Part shown: positions 16,167 to 26,610 of the stretch, in pieces
How the letters are laid out: every line of letters begins with the position of its first letter
Numbering within the stretch: the first letter of the stretch is position 1
Source of the DNA: Candidatus Wildermuthbacteria bacterium GWA2_46_15
GTDB taxonomy: Bacteria > Patescibacteriota > Minisyncoccia > Minisyncoccales > GWA2-46-15
Assembly: GCA_001823105.1 (NCBI GenBank)
Contig: MHTO01000004.1
Location: forward strand, 1 to 36,508
Length of the DNA stretch: 36,508 nucleotides
Reading direction: 5' to 3'
Made by a program: the position numbers and the translations under genes
Notes under the pieces: model-generated
Seen by the model: the letters and a program-made list of their open reading frames with translations, nothing else
Databases searched by the model: none
What the model was told of the DNA's origin: nothing

Positions 16167-19100
16167 TTAAATATTCCTCACCCATACACCGTTGCTTAAT
16201 TTCCCGGTCGTGACCTTGCCAAGAATTTTCCCCTCGTTAACAGAATAAACAAAACCATGGCGGCGCTTTACAAGCCCAAATATTTTTTTAGAATCAACAA
16301 TAATAGCGGCAGAATCACTCTCAGGCGCCTTGGTTACGCCAACCACCGTATAATTACCGGCGCCAATAACGCTAGTTAGGGCGGCGAGTACTGGCGCAGT
16401 ATCAATAGCCACCTTCAGCTCACTGGAAGGCTTACTTAACAAGTCAATCAAGGCTTTCAATGAGGGATTTTGCCCAAACAGATAACTGCGCAGAACTGGC
16501 AAGCCGGTCAGCGCACACTGTCCCATATCCTCCGGGTGATAGATCCTTCCGCTCCAGGCACAAGACAAAGCTTCTTTAGGGAGACAATAATTGCCCAAAC
16601 ACGACATAACCGCCTTAGTTTTAAGCATTGGCACCTTTGAGACAGACCCGGTAACCAATAGTTCGAGAAGCGCCCTTTTATGGGTAATAGCGCATTCTCC
16701 TACAAGCTGCGGCACTACCTGTTTATTTGTTACCTCACACTGTCTTAATATCCCTGGCGCCACAAGTTCCCCTGTTATATCGCAGCGCTCTGCCTCATCC
16801 GGCAGGAGCCACTTGCCCGTATGCTGACACCGGATAAATTCGTTCCGGTGCCCACGCGTCAGTGAAATCGCCGAAACCGCAGCCTCGTCGTTCCGGAAAG
16901 ATTTACCTGAAACCTGACTAACCTCAAGTTCTGTATTAAGCACATCGCTGCCAGTGAAAGAGCAGACGCCGAAATAAGAAGGCTCCCCTCGCTTGTGGTT
17001 GATAGGGGAGATCTTCATGGCAGAGATCAACACAGCCCTGCCACTAAGGTCTGAAGTTGCTACCTCCGTGGACAAAACCCGCTTACCAGTTAATGCACAC
17101 TGCACAATATGCTCTGGGAGGGCATACTTAGCAGTATCCTCCGACTTAATAAGCAGATGCCTAAGTGCACGTTTACCTGATACGGCGCAAGCCTGGAAAC
17201 ACGTTGAGGGGGCCCTTGCTCCGCCCTCACCGTAAACCTCCAGCGGCGGGGCGCTTAAAACGGCCCCAGTTTCGTTGTCTATGGACATATCACAGTTGTA
17301 CAGCGGAGAGTCTCCAAGGCGGAATTGCGTCTCAAATTGTATTACTTGCTTTACAGAACCCTTTAAACCGGCAAGGTCCGGCTGCAGCCTGGGGGTAAAG
17401 TCCTCAGTGAGTTTTTTAATTCTTCGCTCATCCCCGGCGGCACTTCTCAATTCTTCGGATAGTCGCTCCATATAGAACCGGCAGAATTCCACAATATCAG
17501 GATCTTTTGCGGCTTCTGAAGCAAGGGCAGGCAAGTCGATTCCAAGCGACTGAGGGGCTATATTTACCAACTCCCGCGCCGCAGCCTGCGCTACGCCGTC
17601 AACAACAGGGCACGACAGCTCCATCAGCTTCTCATAGCTGTCGTGTGCCATGCTAACACGCACGCGCAAAACGGCTTCCCCGGAAAATTTATTAGATACT
17701 GCGGTATCGCGAGCGGTCTCAAATCTACCGCCAAATGATGCCACCCAGCCACCGCAAGCTGCCCGTGCCTCCACCCTTATCTCCGCATTTATCCCTTGCA
17801 CAAAGCATTCGTTTTCTTTTGCGTGTTTACTAACCAAGTTCTCAAATTCCGGCCTGCCGGGAGTATAAATGGTAGGCGGGTGAATCAACCCGGCGGCTCC
17901 TTTTTCATCAAAGACAAATCGATTCTGACGGAATAGCTGGCTCATTACATAGACACCGGGATTTTCCTCTCTGTAAACGACCCCGGCCTGTTTAAAGGCG
18001 TTAAAAACAAAATCCTTTGCACTCATTGACTTTTCCTGGCTGGAGAACTTCGGCGCTCTCGGGCCTTGGGCCTGATTACTGTCCATTGAGCCGAGCAGGC
18101 TATTAATATTCTTCTCTTCCCGCTTCAGCTCTTCCTTGGCCTGGGCTATGCTCGCAGCCTTAAGCTCAGTTTCTTTTTCCACATCTTTGCCCGCCAGGGA
18201 GGCCAGCACAAGCCTGCGCAGCATATCCTCAAACTTGGACTCCTTCTCCCCCTCTTCAAGGCCTGCGGCTTCCAGTAAAGACTCTATATCCCCGATGGCG
18301 TGCGAAGCGAGCTGGAGTTTCTCCATCAGCCGGCCCACTATTTTTTCCTCAAAGGTTCCCTGCAGAATTGCGTTGAAAATAATTACATTCTGATGATTTG
18401 ACCCCAATCTTTGTATGCGTCCTACCCGCTGTTCAACGACCATTGGGTTCCAGGGTAAGTCATAATTGAGCAGAACATTGGCCACCTGCAAATTAACACC
18501 CTCCGCACCAGCTGCCGTAGATATTATCACATTGACTCTGGGAGGGTCAGTTTTAAACCTTGCTATAGCGTCTTGGTTGCGTATAGAAGAATCTCCGTTG
18601 ATAAAGGCACAGGGGACCTGCAAGCGGTCTAAGTACTCACCTATAGCATTCTGGGTTTCACGAAGTTCCGTAAAAATAACCAACCGCCAGTCCCTGGGGC
18701 GCTCCGCCCTTAGCTGCGCTAGCAGAGAGTCTAACCCGCTCAGTTTGGCCGTAATTCCCATCTCTCTGACCACGACAGACACTTTATCCGCTACGTCTTG
18801 TGGGAAGGTCCCTTTGGCCGCCATATTATTTAGCTGGGAGGCCAGCGCCTGCGGGCTGCTGACAAGAGCCTTCGCTATGGATACCTGCGCCAGTCCATTA
18901 AGCTGCTGGATGGGCGCGGCTATCAGCTTGAACAATTTAAGCTCACTCTCAGTCGGAAGCACTTTATGAGAGCGCACAATGCGCTCTGGGAATGTCAATT
19001 GAGCATCTCCACGGCGGACACGGGACATATAGTTGTAGACAATAGACCGGAACTCGGTTTTCCGGTGTGTTTTTAACTGGCGCGCACTGGTGTGTGAGTC

Positions 19101-19865
19101 GGCTATATAGTTGCGGGCAAAACTATCTTCTGAACCGAAAGGATTTGGATGGCCCCTAGCCACAGAGAGCAAGTCTATAAGCGAATAAAGATCCCAGAGA
19201 CGATTCTGTATCGGGGTAGCAGTTAGCATAAGAACATACTTAAAAGTCCTTGCTGCCAGCGACTGCCTGATTCGGGTAGCCCATTCCGGAGATGAGTTGC
19301 CGCCGTAAAGGTTCCGAAGCTTATGCGCCTCATCCAAGATAAGCATATGGAAACCGGCTGCCTCCAACTGATCCATATATCTGCGCACCGAATGGTAAGT
19401 AGTTATCAGGGCGCCCTTCTCCGCTTTCTGCAATTTATTGGCAGCGGTAACTAGTTTGGAACCTACTTCAAGTTCAGAATCAATTCCGAATTTAGTTTTC
19501 AGCTCTTCCTGCCATTGCGGCATCAGCAGTTTGGGACATACAATCAGGACTTTGGACACACGTGAACGGTAAATCAGTTCGCTAAGTATAAGCCCGGCAC
19601 TTATGGTCTTGCCAAGTCCGACATCATCTGCCAGCAGGGTGACCGGTAGTCTTCGGCAAAAAGTTATCAGGTTCTGCACCTGGTGCTTGTAAGGTGTAAC
19701 CAGGTCTACCCACTTTGGCTTGGATTTAAAGTCAGCTTCCCCTTCAAGCACAATGGGATCTAGGAGATCCCACTCCAGGGCGGCCTTATGCAAAGCGTAA
19801 GCCTCTGCGCTAGGCGCAAGCTTAAGGAAGGGAGCCTGTAAGGGCTGAACAATAATGTTCGGCAT
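16167..19865 (-). CDS. SNF2-family helicase/translocase with a C-terminal extension of about 650 aa carrying a 15-residue repeat array
   Basis: Motifs seen: LLADDVGLGKT (I), LILDEAHKLRN (II), MLTATPIQNRLWDLYSLIDLL (III), GAEGVNLQVANVLLNYDLPWNPMVVEQRVGRIQRLGS (V/VI). Confidence 0.9.
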   Translation of the reverse strand: MPNIIVQPLQAPFLKLAPSAEAYALHKAALEWDLLDPIVLEGEADFKSKPKWVDLVTPYKHQVQNLITFCRRLPVTLLADDVGLGKTISAGLILSELIYRSRVSKVLIVCPKLLMPQWQEELKTKFGIDSELEVGSKLVTAANKLQKAEKGALITTYHSVRRYMDQLEAAGFHMLILDEAHKLRNLYGGNSSPEWATRIRQSLAARTFKYVLMLTATPIQNRLWDLYSLIDLLSVARGHPNPFGSEDSFARNYIADSHTSARQLKTHRKTEFRSIVYNYMSRVRRGDAQLTFPERIVRSHKVLPTESELKLFKLIAAPIQQLNGLAQVSIAKALVSSPQALASQLNNMAAKGTFPQDVADKVSVVVREMGITAKLSGLDSLLAQLRAERPRDWRLVIFTELRETQNAIGEYLDRLQVPCAFINGDSSIRNQDAIARFKTDPPRVNVIISTAAGAEGVNLQVANVLLNYDLPWNPMVVEQRVGRIQRLGSNHQNVIIFNAILQGTFEEKIVGRLMEKLQLASHAIGDIESLLEAAGLEEGEKESKFEDMLRRLVLASLAGKDVEKETELKAASIAQAKEELKREEKNINSLLGSMDSNQAQGPRAPKFSSQEKSMSAKDFVFNAFKQAGVVYREENPGVYVMSQLFRQNRFVFDEKGAAGLIHPPTIYTPGRPEFENLVSKHAKENECFVQGINAEIRVEARAACGGWVASFGGRFETARDTAVSNKFSGEAVLRVRVSMAHDSYEKLMELSCPVVDGVAQAAARELVNIAPQSLGIDLPALASEAAKDPDIVEFCRFYMERLSEELRSAAGDERRIKKLTEDFTPRLQPDLAGLKGSVKQVIQFETQFRLGDSPLYNCDMSIDNETGAVLSAPPLEVYGEGGARAPSTCFQACAVSGKRALRHLLIKSEDTAKYALPEHIVQCALTGKRVLSTEVATSDLSGRAVLISAMKISPINHKRGEPSYFGVCSFTGSDVLNTELEVSQVSGKSFRNDEAAVSAISLTRGHRNEFIRCQHTGKWLLPDEAERCDITGELVAPGILRQCEVTNKQVVPQLVGECAITHKRALLELLVTGSVSKVPMLKTKAVMSCLGNYCLPKEALSCAWSGRIYHPEDMGQCALTGLPVLRSYLFGQNPSLKALIDLLSKPSSELKVAIDTAPVLAALTSVIGAGNYTVVGVTKAPESDSAAIIVDSKKIFGLVKRRHGFVYSVNEGKILGKVTTGKLSNGVWVRNI
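16488..17201 (-). repeat. Protein-level 15-residue periodic [C/S]xx[T/S]G repeat array in the SNF2 C-terminal extension
   Basis: The array holds CAVSGKRAL, CALTGKRVL, DLSGRAVL, CSFTGSDVL, SQVSGKSF, CQHTGKWLL, CDITGELV, CEVTNKQV, CAITHKRAL, CAWSGRIY and CALTGLPVL. The Gly positions are spaced 15 or 30 residues apart over about 240 aa. Confidence 0.7.
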
Positions 19866-19912
19866 GATCTATACCTGTTTAAGCACAGTTTTGCGCAGCA
19901 AAGGTGCCTGTA

Positions 19913-22900
19913 TTATTTTTGTAGCCTAGTCACAATTTCACAAAACGGGACTTCCCACTGGTCCACTTGTAGTTTTTCAGTGAATTCCGGTTTGTCGCTG
20001 TCGGTTTTATAGCGCTGGACCATGCCTAAAACGCGTATAGACTCTATATACTCTAATTGCGGCATCCATTGGGCGGAAACCAGTTTCGAAAGTAGTGCAA
20101 CTTGGACTTTATTACTATCAATCAGCCCGACCTTATCTCCGGACTGGATTGCAGTCAGCTTATCACCTGTTTTTAAGTTTGCCAATGCACCATGAAACGG
20201 CCCACCAGGCTCTAACCTGCCGGCATAATCTATAAAAAGGTCTCCAAGGCCAAGCAAAGAATAATCTCTCCTGGGAGTATCGCCATCAATGGCAGATGTT
20301 TCTGCCCTATAGATAAAGCACTCCCCTTTCAATTCAGGCGAAAAGATGTTTTTTGTGTCCTGTCTGTCAAAAATCGCAAGACTATTTTGCGCGCGGGTCA
20401 TTCCTACATAAAATACGCGGCGTTGCTCCTCTATAGGAGTGTCCCGATTAATATCATACCCCCAATCTCCGCAGAGCAATACATGCGGGAACTCCTTACC
20501 TTTAGCTGCATGCACAGTTGATAAAACAACTCCCTCACCAACACTTTCATCCTTACGCAATTGGTGCAAGGACTCATAAATAAAGTCTACAAACAGTTTA
20601 ACCGGAGTCTTCTCATTTTGAGTCTCAGCACGCCAATCATCAAGTAAGTCACTAAGAAGGCGAAACCATATATTGCCGTCTGGTTGTTTCTGCTCCAGGC
20701 CAAGCATTGCTGCAAACTCATCTGCATTTGCAATTAAATTCTCATCTATACTCAGAGTATCTAAAGCACGCCGAATCTCTCGAATCCTATGCAGTGGAGG
20801 CATTTTCTTCCCGTCTATAGGCCAGGAGACCGGCACTGATAAGGCTTCCGCTCGACTTCGAATATAAGAGAGGTCCACATGGTTTCTAGCCAGTATAGCG
20901 ATACTGTCCCATCTTTCTATCCCCAGCGACTTTAAGCGCACAGCCTCTTTAATTGCAGCCTCGGCCTGCCCAAGAATATCATTAACCTTAACAACAGATA
21001 CCTTACCCTTAGTCAAAGCATCAATATCCCCGAATTGGCCACCAGGCGACTGCATTGATCGGAATTTATTGATCCGAATTGGACGATCCTTCTTCATTCT
21101 GTCTTTATTGTGTTCAATAAGAGTGTTTGAGGCATCTATTATATTGCCACTAGAGCGATAATTCTCAATAAGCTCTTTTACATCTGCGCCATAATCGATT
21201 TGGAACTGCTTAATAAATTTAACGTTGGACCCACGAAATCCGTAAATACCCTGATCATCATCTCCCACCGCAAGTATAGAGAGCTTTCTATCACTTTCAC
21301 TATCCTTAAGCTTTCTTCCAGCAATAGCGCTTATCATGGCATACTGCTTTTCATCTATGTCCTGATACTCATCTACTAGAATATGCTCAAATCCAGCCAA
21401 TAACCTATCGCGAACCTCATCAGCCTCCAGGCCGGCAACTGTTTTGGTTCCGTTAAGAACCTCAACAACATCAGAAATCATGTTCTCAAAAAAGTTCTCT
21501 GCCTTTCGCGCTTCTTCCATCATATCCGCAACGGATAAGCCCAAAATGCGCAAAGCCAGAGCATGGTAAGTTTGCACTGTCACTCCACGAGCATCTGCCC
21601 CCACCAAATCCGTAAGCCTACGCCGAATCTCGATGGCAGCTTTATGTGTAAAACAGCAAATCAAAATGCTCTGCGCTTTAACACGCTTAATGCGCAGCAA
21701 ATACGCACAGCGGTGAACAACAGCGCGTGTTTTCCCAGAGCCAGGCCCAGCTAGAATCAGCATTGGTTTAGTTGTGGGGGCTGTAACTATCTGCTCCTGC
21801 GCTCTATTCTCGAGCTTTTCGACTATCTTGTCATAAGAGTTGGCTGTCGTAGCCATCTCCAATAAAGCCTTTTGCTTAGCAAAGAACTTGGCAACAAAAG
21901 ATTCCTTGCTCATGATAAAATAAGCAAGAACCAAATGAAGAGCGTCCTGTATTCGGCTTATCCCAAGATTGGCATACTCATTCATTACATGTACCTGAAA
22001 AACTCTTTCTTTGTAATGATGATGAACCCTTTCATAATTCTCTGCAGAGTATTGCTTCCCTTGTCCCTCTGGCAGAACCTTAATAGTCATAGCAGTGCGG
22101 AAGATTGAAAGCCCCTTCTGTAAAACTATCACTTGCTGCTCATGCAGGAACAGCAAAGCTTGTTCTATCGCAGCATTCCAATCTTTTACGGCTTGCTTTA
22201 AATCTGGATCCTTCTGTGCGACTTGTACCAGGTCTTCATAAGTGAACTCCACTAATAAGTCGCGCGCAGCCTGCGCTTTCTCTGGAGCACAAGCCAGAAG
22301 CTTAGCGAGAACAACTTCAGCAACCCTCAACTTATTATTAATATTTTCTGTAACCTTGCCCCACCCACCGGTTATCTTAACCCTGTAGATATCACGGCCA
22401 GTAGAACGAAGGGTTATTTCCCCCTCATGCGCATTAAAGATATGACTATCAGCCTTAAAACTCTTCATAAGCTGCCGCAACAAGGGCAATGAACAATCAA
22501 AATCTCGATTGCGCAGTTCCTGGTTGAGCTTTTTCAGATCAAGCGGCACATAACCATTAGGATCTGGGTCATATTCACCTAGTGTTTTAACAATCTCTCT
22601 ATTTAAAACGGCAATACGTTCTGCTCTTTTTATAGAGCTATCCTCAATTTTGTAACGCAAATAGGCGCTAAGAAGAGTACTCTTCTGCAGTACTCCGGCG
22701 CCTACCATGGCGTCTAATGTCTTAAACACCTTAGAACTGAGATATTCGCAGCCTCCACGATCCCTAACAAACTCTTGTGGAAAATCATCTTTAGAGATTT
22801 TTGCATAAGCAGCAAATTCCGGCAGACCTGCAAGATCATCAATTCTGATAGAATCATTCGCAGGGGTTGAAAAAATATACTGAAGAATAGCCAACCAAAG

Positions 22901-25126
22901 TCGGCTTTCGCCCTCTGAAATCCCAAGACTTTTCAGTTTGATTTTAGCCTCTTGTATAGAATTAACAAGAGGTTTAGCTTGCAGCACATTAGTAAGGTTT
23001 TCATTGCGCTCCAAAAAACCTTCTCTCTCAAGCCAGGCGATCGCTGTACGCACCTTTGTATCTGCATTTGCGTCGCCAGCTTGAAAATTTACCTCAACAT
23101 CTTCATCTCTTAACAACTCCCCGGTAGTAATAACAATCTCGTCAGTATGGCGCTGTATTGCCGCTTTTCTCAGACCGCGCAAAATCTGTGCTATATCCCT
23201 TCTGCTAAGTTCGGAAAGCGCGCTAAGCCGGAACTGCTGTTCGCAATCTTCTTCGTTGTAGAGCAGAATACAGTCGGCCTCCTCCTGATCCCGACCTGCA
23301 CGCCCGGCTTCTTGCAAATAGTTTTCAAGCGAAGCCGGTGTATCTCCATGTATGACAAGGCGAATATCTTGTTTATCTACGCCCATGCCGAAGGCATTTG
23401 TGGCACATATTACTTGAATGTCTCCAGCAAGGAACAAGTCTTGAACTTCTTTTTTCTCCGACACAGTAAGCCCGGCATGGAAATGACGAGCACGCCACCC
23501 TTGCTTTGAAAGGAACCTAGCCGTATCCTCTGTGTCTGCACGTTTAGCGCGAAAAACAACAGCATAAGCCTTAGCATCCTTCCCAAGGCGCTCTCCAAGC
23601 AAATCATTTATTCTAGGAAGCTTGATCATTGCAGGGACCATCTGCACTTCAAATTTAAGGTTGGTGCGTTCAACTCCTCCCTCAAAAAGAGACATCTCTG
23701 TCCCAGTTTCGTTTTTAAAGTAAGCTTGAACGTCTTCAATGACATCCTTCTTGGCGGTAGCGGTAAAACAAGCTATTGGCGGCACAGGGCAATTCTGCTC
23801 CATGGCTATTTTCTTTATGACCCGCCCTGAATAAAGATAATCGGGGCGGAAATCGTGCCCCCATTTAGAAAGACAATGTGCCTCATCCACTACCCAGCAG
23901 CCGATTTCCCGTGACAGAAGCGCTTTGTACACCGCTCGGCTACGCAACTGTTCAGGGGAAAGATAAAGCAGTGCAATGGAACCGGATCTGATGCTCTTCA
24001 GCACATCTGCCCTTTCAGGCAGAGTTAGTATGCCGCAAAGCGCGGCACAGTTATGAAGACCTTGGCGCTGTAGACTGTCCACCTGGTCCTTCATTAAAGC
24101 CTGCAACGGGGAAATAACAACTGTCAGGTAGCCTCTTCTTGCATTCCGGACAAGTGCCGGCAATTGAAAGCCCAAGGATTTGCCACCACCTGTGGGCATT
24201 ATAGCCAGCAAAGACTCTCCGCGCATGCCAGCATTAACAATTTCTAATTGCAGGCTATTACCATTTGTATGTTTAGGTTCATCACGAAACTTATCAAAGC
24301 CAAAATACTGCTTAAGTTGCTCCCCAGAATTATGGGCTTTGGTGCAATAAGAACAAAGAGGATCCGAGCAGGGGACATCTCTTAATTCGCTTAAAAAAGA
24401 GGTTATTGTAGGATAATGCAGCCTAACCCAAGGCTGCAGCACTGAGTCTGTGCGGGAAATGCTAAGCAACCGTACTGAATAAGCCATAAGCCAGCGGGAG
24501 TTTTCTGTGGCTATGTTTGCGTAAGCCACCTTCTTGGCTGCGGTTTTACAAGAGAACTCGCCAAGAATGCTTTGGATACTCTCAATAATATCTTTCGGGA
24601 GTTTAACCGTAGGTGCCGCTTCGTCTAAGACCGCGTGCATCCCCTTAGAAAGCAAAGACTCTTCTTTCGGGTTACAAATCAATTCTTTTAATACGGCATA
24701 CAACTCGGGAGATGTTGATGCCAGTTCACGCAACTTAGATATTTCGTCTATTAAGAGCTTTTGTGCCTGTTTGCAATCCGAAACAGGATCATTCATGGCA
24801 GCTGGAACCAGCTTATAGTCTTTTATAAGATGGTGATATGGATTAGCAGGGAAGCAGAGAGGCGACAGTAAGAGGGTATCAATAATAGGCAGCCTTAGAA
24901 TCTTTGCTTCCGGAAAAGACTGTTTAATCATTCCTAAGTCATGCTTTAAAATATTATGTCCCGATACAAACTGTGCCCCGGCAGCAAAAGCATCAAGTTG
25001 GCGCAAAGCCTCTGCTTGATTAAATTTACCAGAGCAAAAGAATGTCTTTTCACCTATGACAGCACCAATCTTAAATATTTTGCCGGTTTGGTTAGTCTCA
25101 AGGTCTAGAAATAGAATGTTTTGCAT
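19913..25126 (-). CDS. Triple-fusion nucleic-acid enzyme: DnaQ/DEDD-like exonuclease + RecQ-family helicase + UvrD/PcrA-family helicase (1737 aa)
   Basis: Exonuclease: FLDLETN, SGHNILKHDL, IIDTLLLS. RecQ: MPTGGGKS, VVDEAHCLSKWGHDFRPDY, CFTATA, ATNAFGMGVDKQDIRLVIH, QEAGRAGRD. UvrD: LAGPGSGKT, LVDEYQD, AVGDDDQGIYGFRG, ENYRSS, VHAAKGKEF, FYVGMTRAQ. Confidence 0.85.
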   Translation of the reverse strand: MQNILFLDLETNQTGKIFKIGAVIGEKTFFCSGKFNQAEALRQLDAFAAGAQFVSGHNILKHDLGMIKQSFPEAKILRLPIIDTLLLSPLCFPANPYHHLIKDYKLVPAAMNDPVSDCKQAQKLLIDEISKLRELASTSPELYAVLKELICNPKEESLLSKGMHAVLDEAAPTVKLPKDIIESIQSILGEFSCKTAAKKVAYANIATENSRWLMAYSVRLLSISRTDSVLQPWVRLHYPTITSFLSELRDVPCSDPLCSYCTKAHNSGEQLKQYFGFDKFRDEPKHTNGNSLQLEIVNAGMRGESLLAIMPTGGGKSLGFQLPALVRNARRGYLTVVISPLQALMKDQVDSLQRQGLHNCAALCGILTLPERADVLKSIRSGSIALLYLSPEQLRSRAVYKALLSREIGCWVVDEAHCLSKWGHDFRPDYLYSGRVIKKIAMEQNCPVPPIACFTATAKKDVIEDVQAYFKNETGTEMSLFEGGVERTNLKFEVQMVPAMIKLPRINDLLGERLGKDAKAYAVVFRAKRADTEDTARFLSKQGWRARHFHAGLTVSEKKEVQDLFLAGDIQVICATNAFGMGVDKQDIRLVIHGDTPASLENYLQEAGRAGRDQEEADCILLYNEEDCEQQFRLSALSELSRRDIAQILRGLRKAAIQRHTDEIVITTGELLRDEDVEVNFQAGDANADTKVRTAIAWLEREGFLERNENLTNVLQAKPLVNSIQEAKIKLKSLGISEGESRLWLAILQYIFSTPANDSIRIDDLAGLPEFAAYAKISKDDFPQEFVRDRGGCEYLSSKVFKTLDAMVGAGVLQKSTLLSAYLRYKIEDSSIKRAERIAVLNREIVKTLGEYDPDPNGYVPLDLKKLNQELRNRDFDCSLPLLRQLMKSFKADSHIFNAHEGEITLRSTGRDIYRVKITGGWGKVTENINNKLRVAEVVLAKLLACAPEKAQAARDLLVEFTYEDLVQVAQKDPDLKQAVKDWNAAIEQALLFLHEQQVIVLQKGLSIFRTAMTIKVLPEGQGKQYSAENYERVHHHYKERVFQVHVMNEYANLGISRIQDALHLVLAYFIMSKESFVAKFFAKQKALLEMATTANSYDKIVEKLENRAQEQIVTAPTTKPMLILAGPGSGKTRAVVHRCAYLLRIKRVKAQSILICCFTHKAAIEIRRRLTDLVGADARGVTVQTYHALALRILGLSVADMMEEARKAENFFENMISDVVEVLNGTKTVAGLEADEVRDRLLAGFEHILVDEYQDIDEKQYAMISAIAGRKLKDSESDRKLSILAVGDDDQGIYGFRGSNVKFIKQFQIDYGADVKELIENYRSSGNIIDASNTLIEHNKDRMKKDRPIRINKFRSMQSPGGQFGDIDALTKGKVSVVKVNDILGQAEAAIKEAVRLKSLGIERWDSIAILARNHVDLSYIRSRAEALSVPVSWPIDGKKMPPLHRIREIRRALDTLSIDENLIANADEFAAMLGLEQKQPDGNIWFRLLSDLLDDWRAETQNEKTPVKLFVDFIYESLHQLRKDESVGEGVVLSTVHAAKGKEFPHVLLCGDWGYDINRDTPIEEQRRVFYVGMTRAQNSLAIFDRQDTKNIFSPELKGECFIYRAETSAIDGDTPRRDYSLLGLGDLFIDYAGRLEPGGPFHGALANLKTGDKLTAIQSGDKVGLIDSNKVQVALLSKLVSAQWMPQLEYIESIRVLGMVQRYKTDSDKPEFTEKLQVDQWEVPFCEIVTRLQK

Positions 25127-25145
25127 TTAAGTAGCCTTAGGCTAA

Positions 25146-26606
25146 CTAACTCATTGGTCTTTGAAAAACATCAGAAAGTGCATTAACAACTTCTCCGGCA
25201 TCTGATGACATTGGGACTGAAACTATAACTATTTCAACTACTCTTGAGCCTGAGTTTACACAAGTGCGCACAACAACCTGGTTCCGTTCTAGCAGGGACT
25301 GAAAAGTCTCCATTCGGCATGGATAAACAAGGCATGCCACAACCCTAGGCGTATCAAACAAAGAAGAGTAGGCAACTACCTGTAAAAGATCCTTACGGTG
25401 GCGCTCCCGAATTTCCTCTTCAACATTGCCCCAACCACAAGACTGGATCTCTTCAGCATGCGCTTTATATTTAGCATCCAGAACCATTGTAACGTCGCCA
25501 CGTTCCAGCACAACGTCTGGGATGAAGGCCTTCTGGGAGCCAGAATAGGAAGGTTTCCAATCTAAACTCACCTTTGTTTGACCCAGGCGACCAACTCGCA
25601 AAGAAGCCCCACATTTTTTAGATACCAATTCACCTATTGTTTCAACCCAGGCCTCGAAAAACGATTCCATATCCATCTGCCAAGACAAACCAGCCAGCTC
25701 ATTTAAGCCAGCTAGGCCCCGTTCTTCTATAGTCCACTCTATAGCCTGCAGACCATCCTTAACATCCTTAGGAAGCAAGGCTCGACTTTGCCACGTTTTG
25801 ATCTGCCGCACATTCGGACGCCGTGGCGTATTACTGTTAACACGTGCTATTAGCTCATTGCATAGAGCCAGCAGTTTCAAAACAACAACCCCAGCAGTCC
25901 GCTGCGCCAGCAGTGAGGATGAATGCTCTTTTAATACGAAGTGTATAGCAGCCCTTAAATCGAAATCATCCCTAAGATCAGGGAAGGTGCATGGCACCGA
26001 CAAGTGCTTAGCGTGGGGTATCTTACGAATGATGTAGGAATCCCAATCAACCGCACCTTTTGGCATAGAAACATCTTCTTCTATAACGGTAAACTTCCTG
26101 GACAACTTATCCAGCATGCCCTTAATTCTTAAAAGGACAATAGAAGACAAAACCCAAGGCGGTATTTTCCTGTCAGATTGTGGGAGCTCAGCGTAAGGCA
26201 GCAACTTAGGCACTACACGGAACCCTGTAGCAGTCAAAACCTCACCAATAGACGTCCAGGCAAAACGTGGCTCTATAATAAGCCCCAGGTCATATTTACC
26301 CGTTGCTGGGGACACTAATGGTAAAGCACCTATTCTGCTTGAGCTGTGAAAGGAAAGGAACGCCTTGCTGTCACGTCGCACCACATCAGAAGATATGTGG
26401 AACTCACGCAGTATATTACTGTTCGTCTTAAGAAGAGCCTCAGCTTGCCGTTCAGCATGCGATTCTTGATCCCGTACTGCAGACCCACCAAACCAGTTCT
26501 TAGCCTCAATCAGCGCGTGACTTGTGTCGAAAATACGCTGACATCGCCCTATAGAGCGAGTAGGCATGGGCCGCCTGGCCGTAATTATTGGTCTGCGTGG
26601 GGGCAT
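25146..26606 (-). CDS. mcrC: McrC-like PD-(D/E)xK nuclease subunit of a McrBC-type restriction system
   Basis: FIPDVVLERGDVTMVLDAKYK is the McrC catalytic D...D-x-K signature. There is an N-terminal RIGALPL...LGLIIEPRF block. The gene starts 4 nt after the mcrB stop. Confidence 0.8.
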   Translation of the reverse strand: MPPRRPIITARRPMPTRSIGRCQRIFDTSHALIEAKNWFGGSAVRDQESHAERQAEALLKTNSNILREFHISSDVVRRDSKAFLSFHSSSRIGALPLVSPATGKYDLGLIIEPRFAWTSIGEVLTATGFRVVPKLLPYAELPQSDRKIPPWVLSSIVLLRIKGMLDKLSRKFTVIEEDVSMPKGAVDWDSYIIRKIPHAKHLSVPCTFPDLRDDFDLRAAIHFVLKEHSSSLLAQRTAGVVVLKLLALCNELIARVNSNTPRRPNVRQIKTWQSRALLPKDVKDGLQAIEWTIEERGLAGLNELAGLSWQMDMESFFEAWVETIGELVSKKCGASLRVGRLGQTKVSLDWKPSYSGSQKAFIPDVVLERGDVTMVLDAKYKAHAEEIQSCGWGNVEEEIRERHRKDLLQVVAYSSLFDTPRVVACLVYPCRMETFQSLLERNQVVVRTCVNSGSRVVEIVIVSVPMSSDAGEVVNALSDVFQRPMS

Positions 26607-26610
26607 AAGG

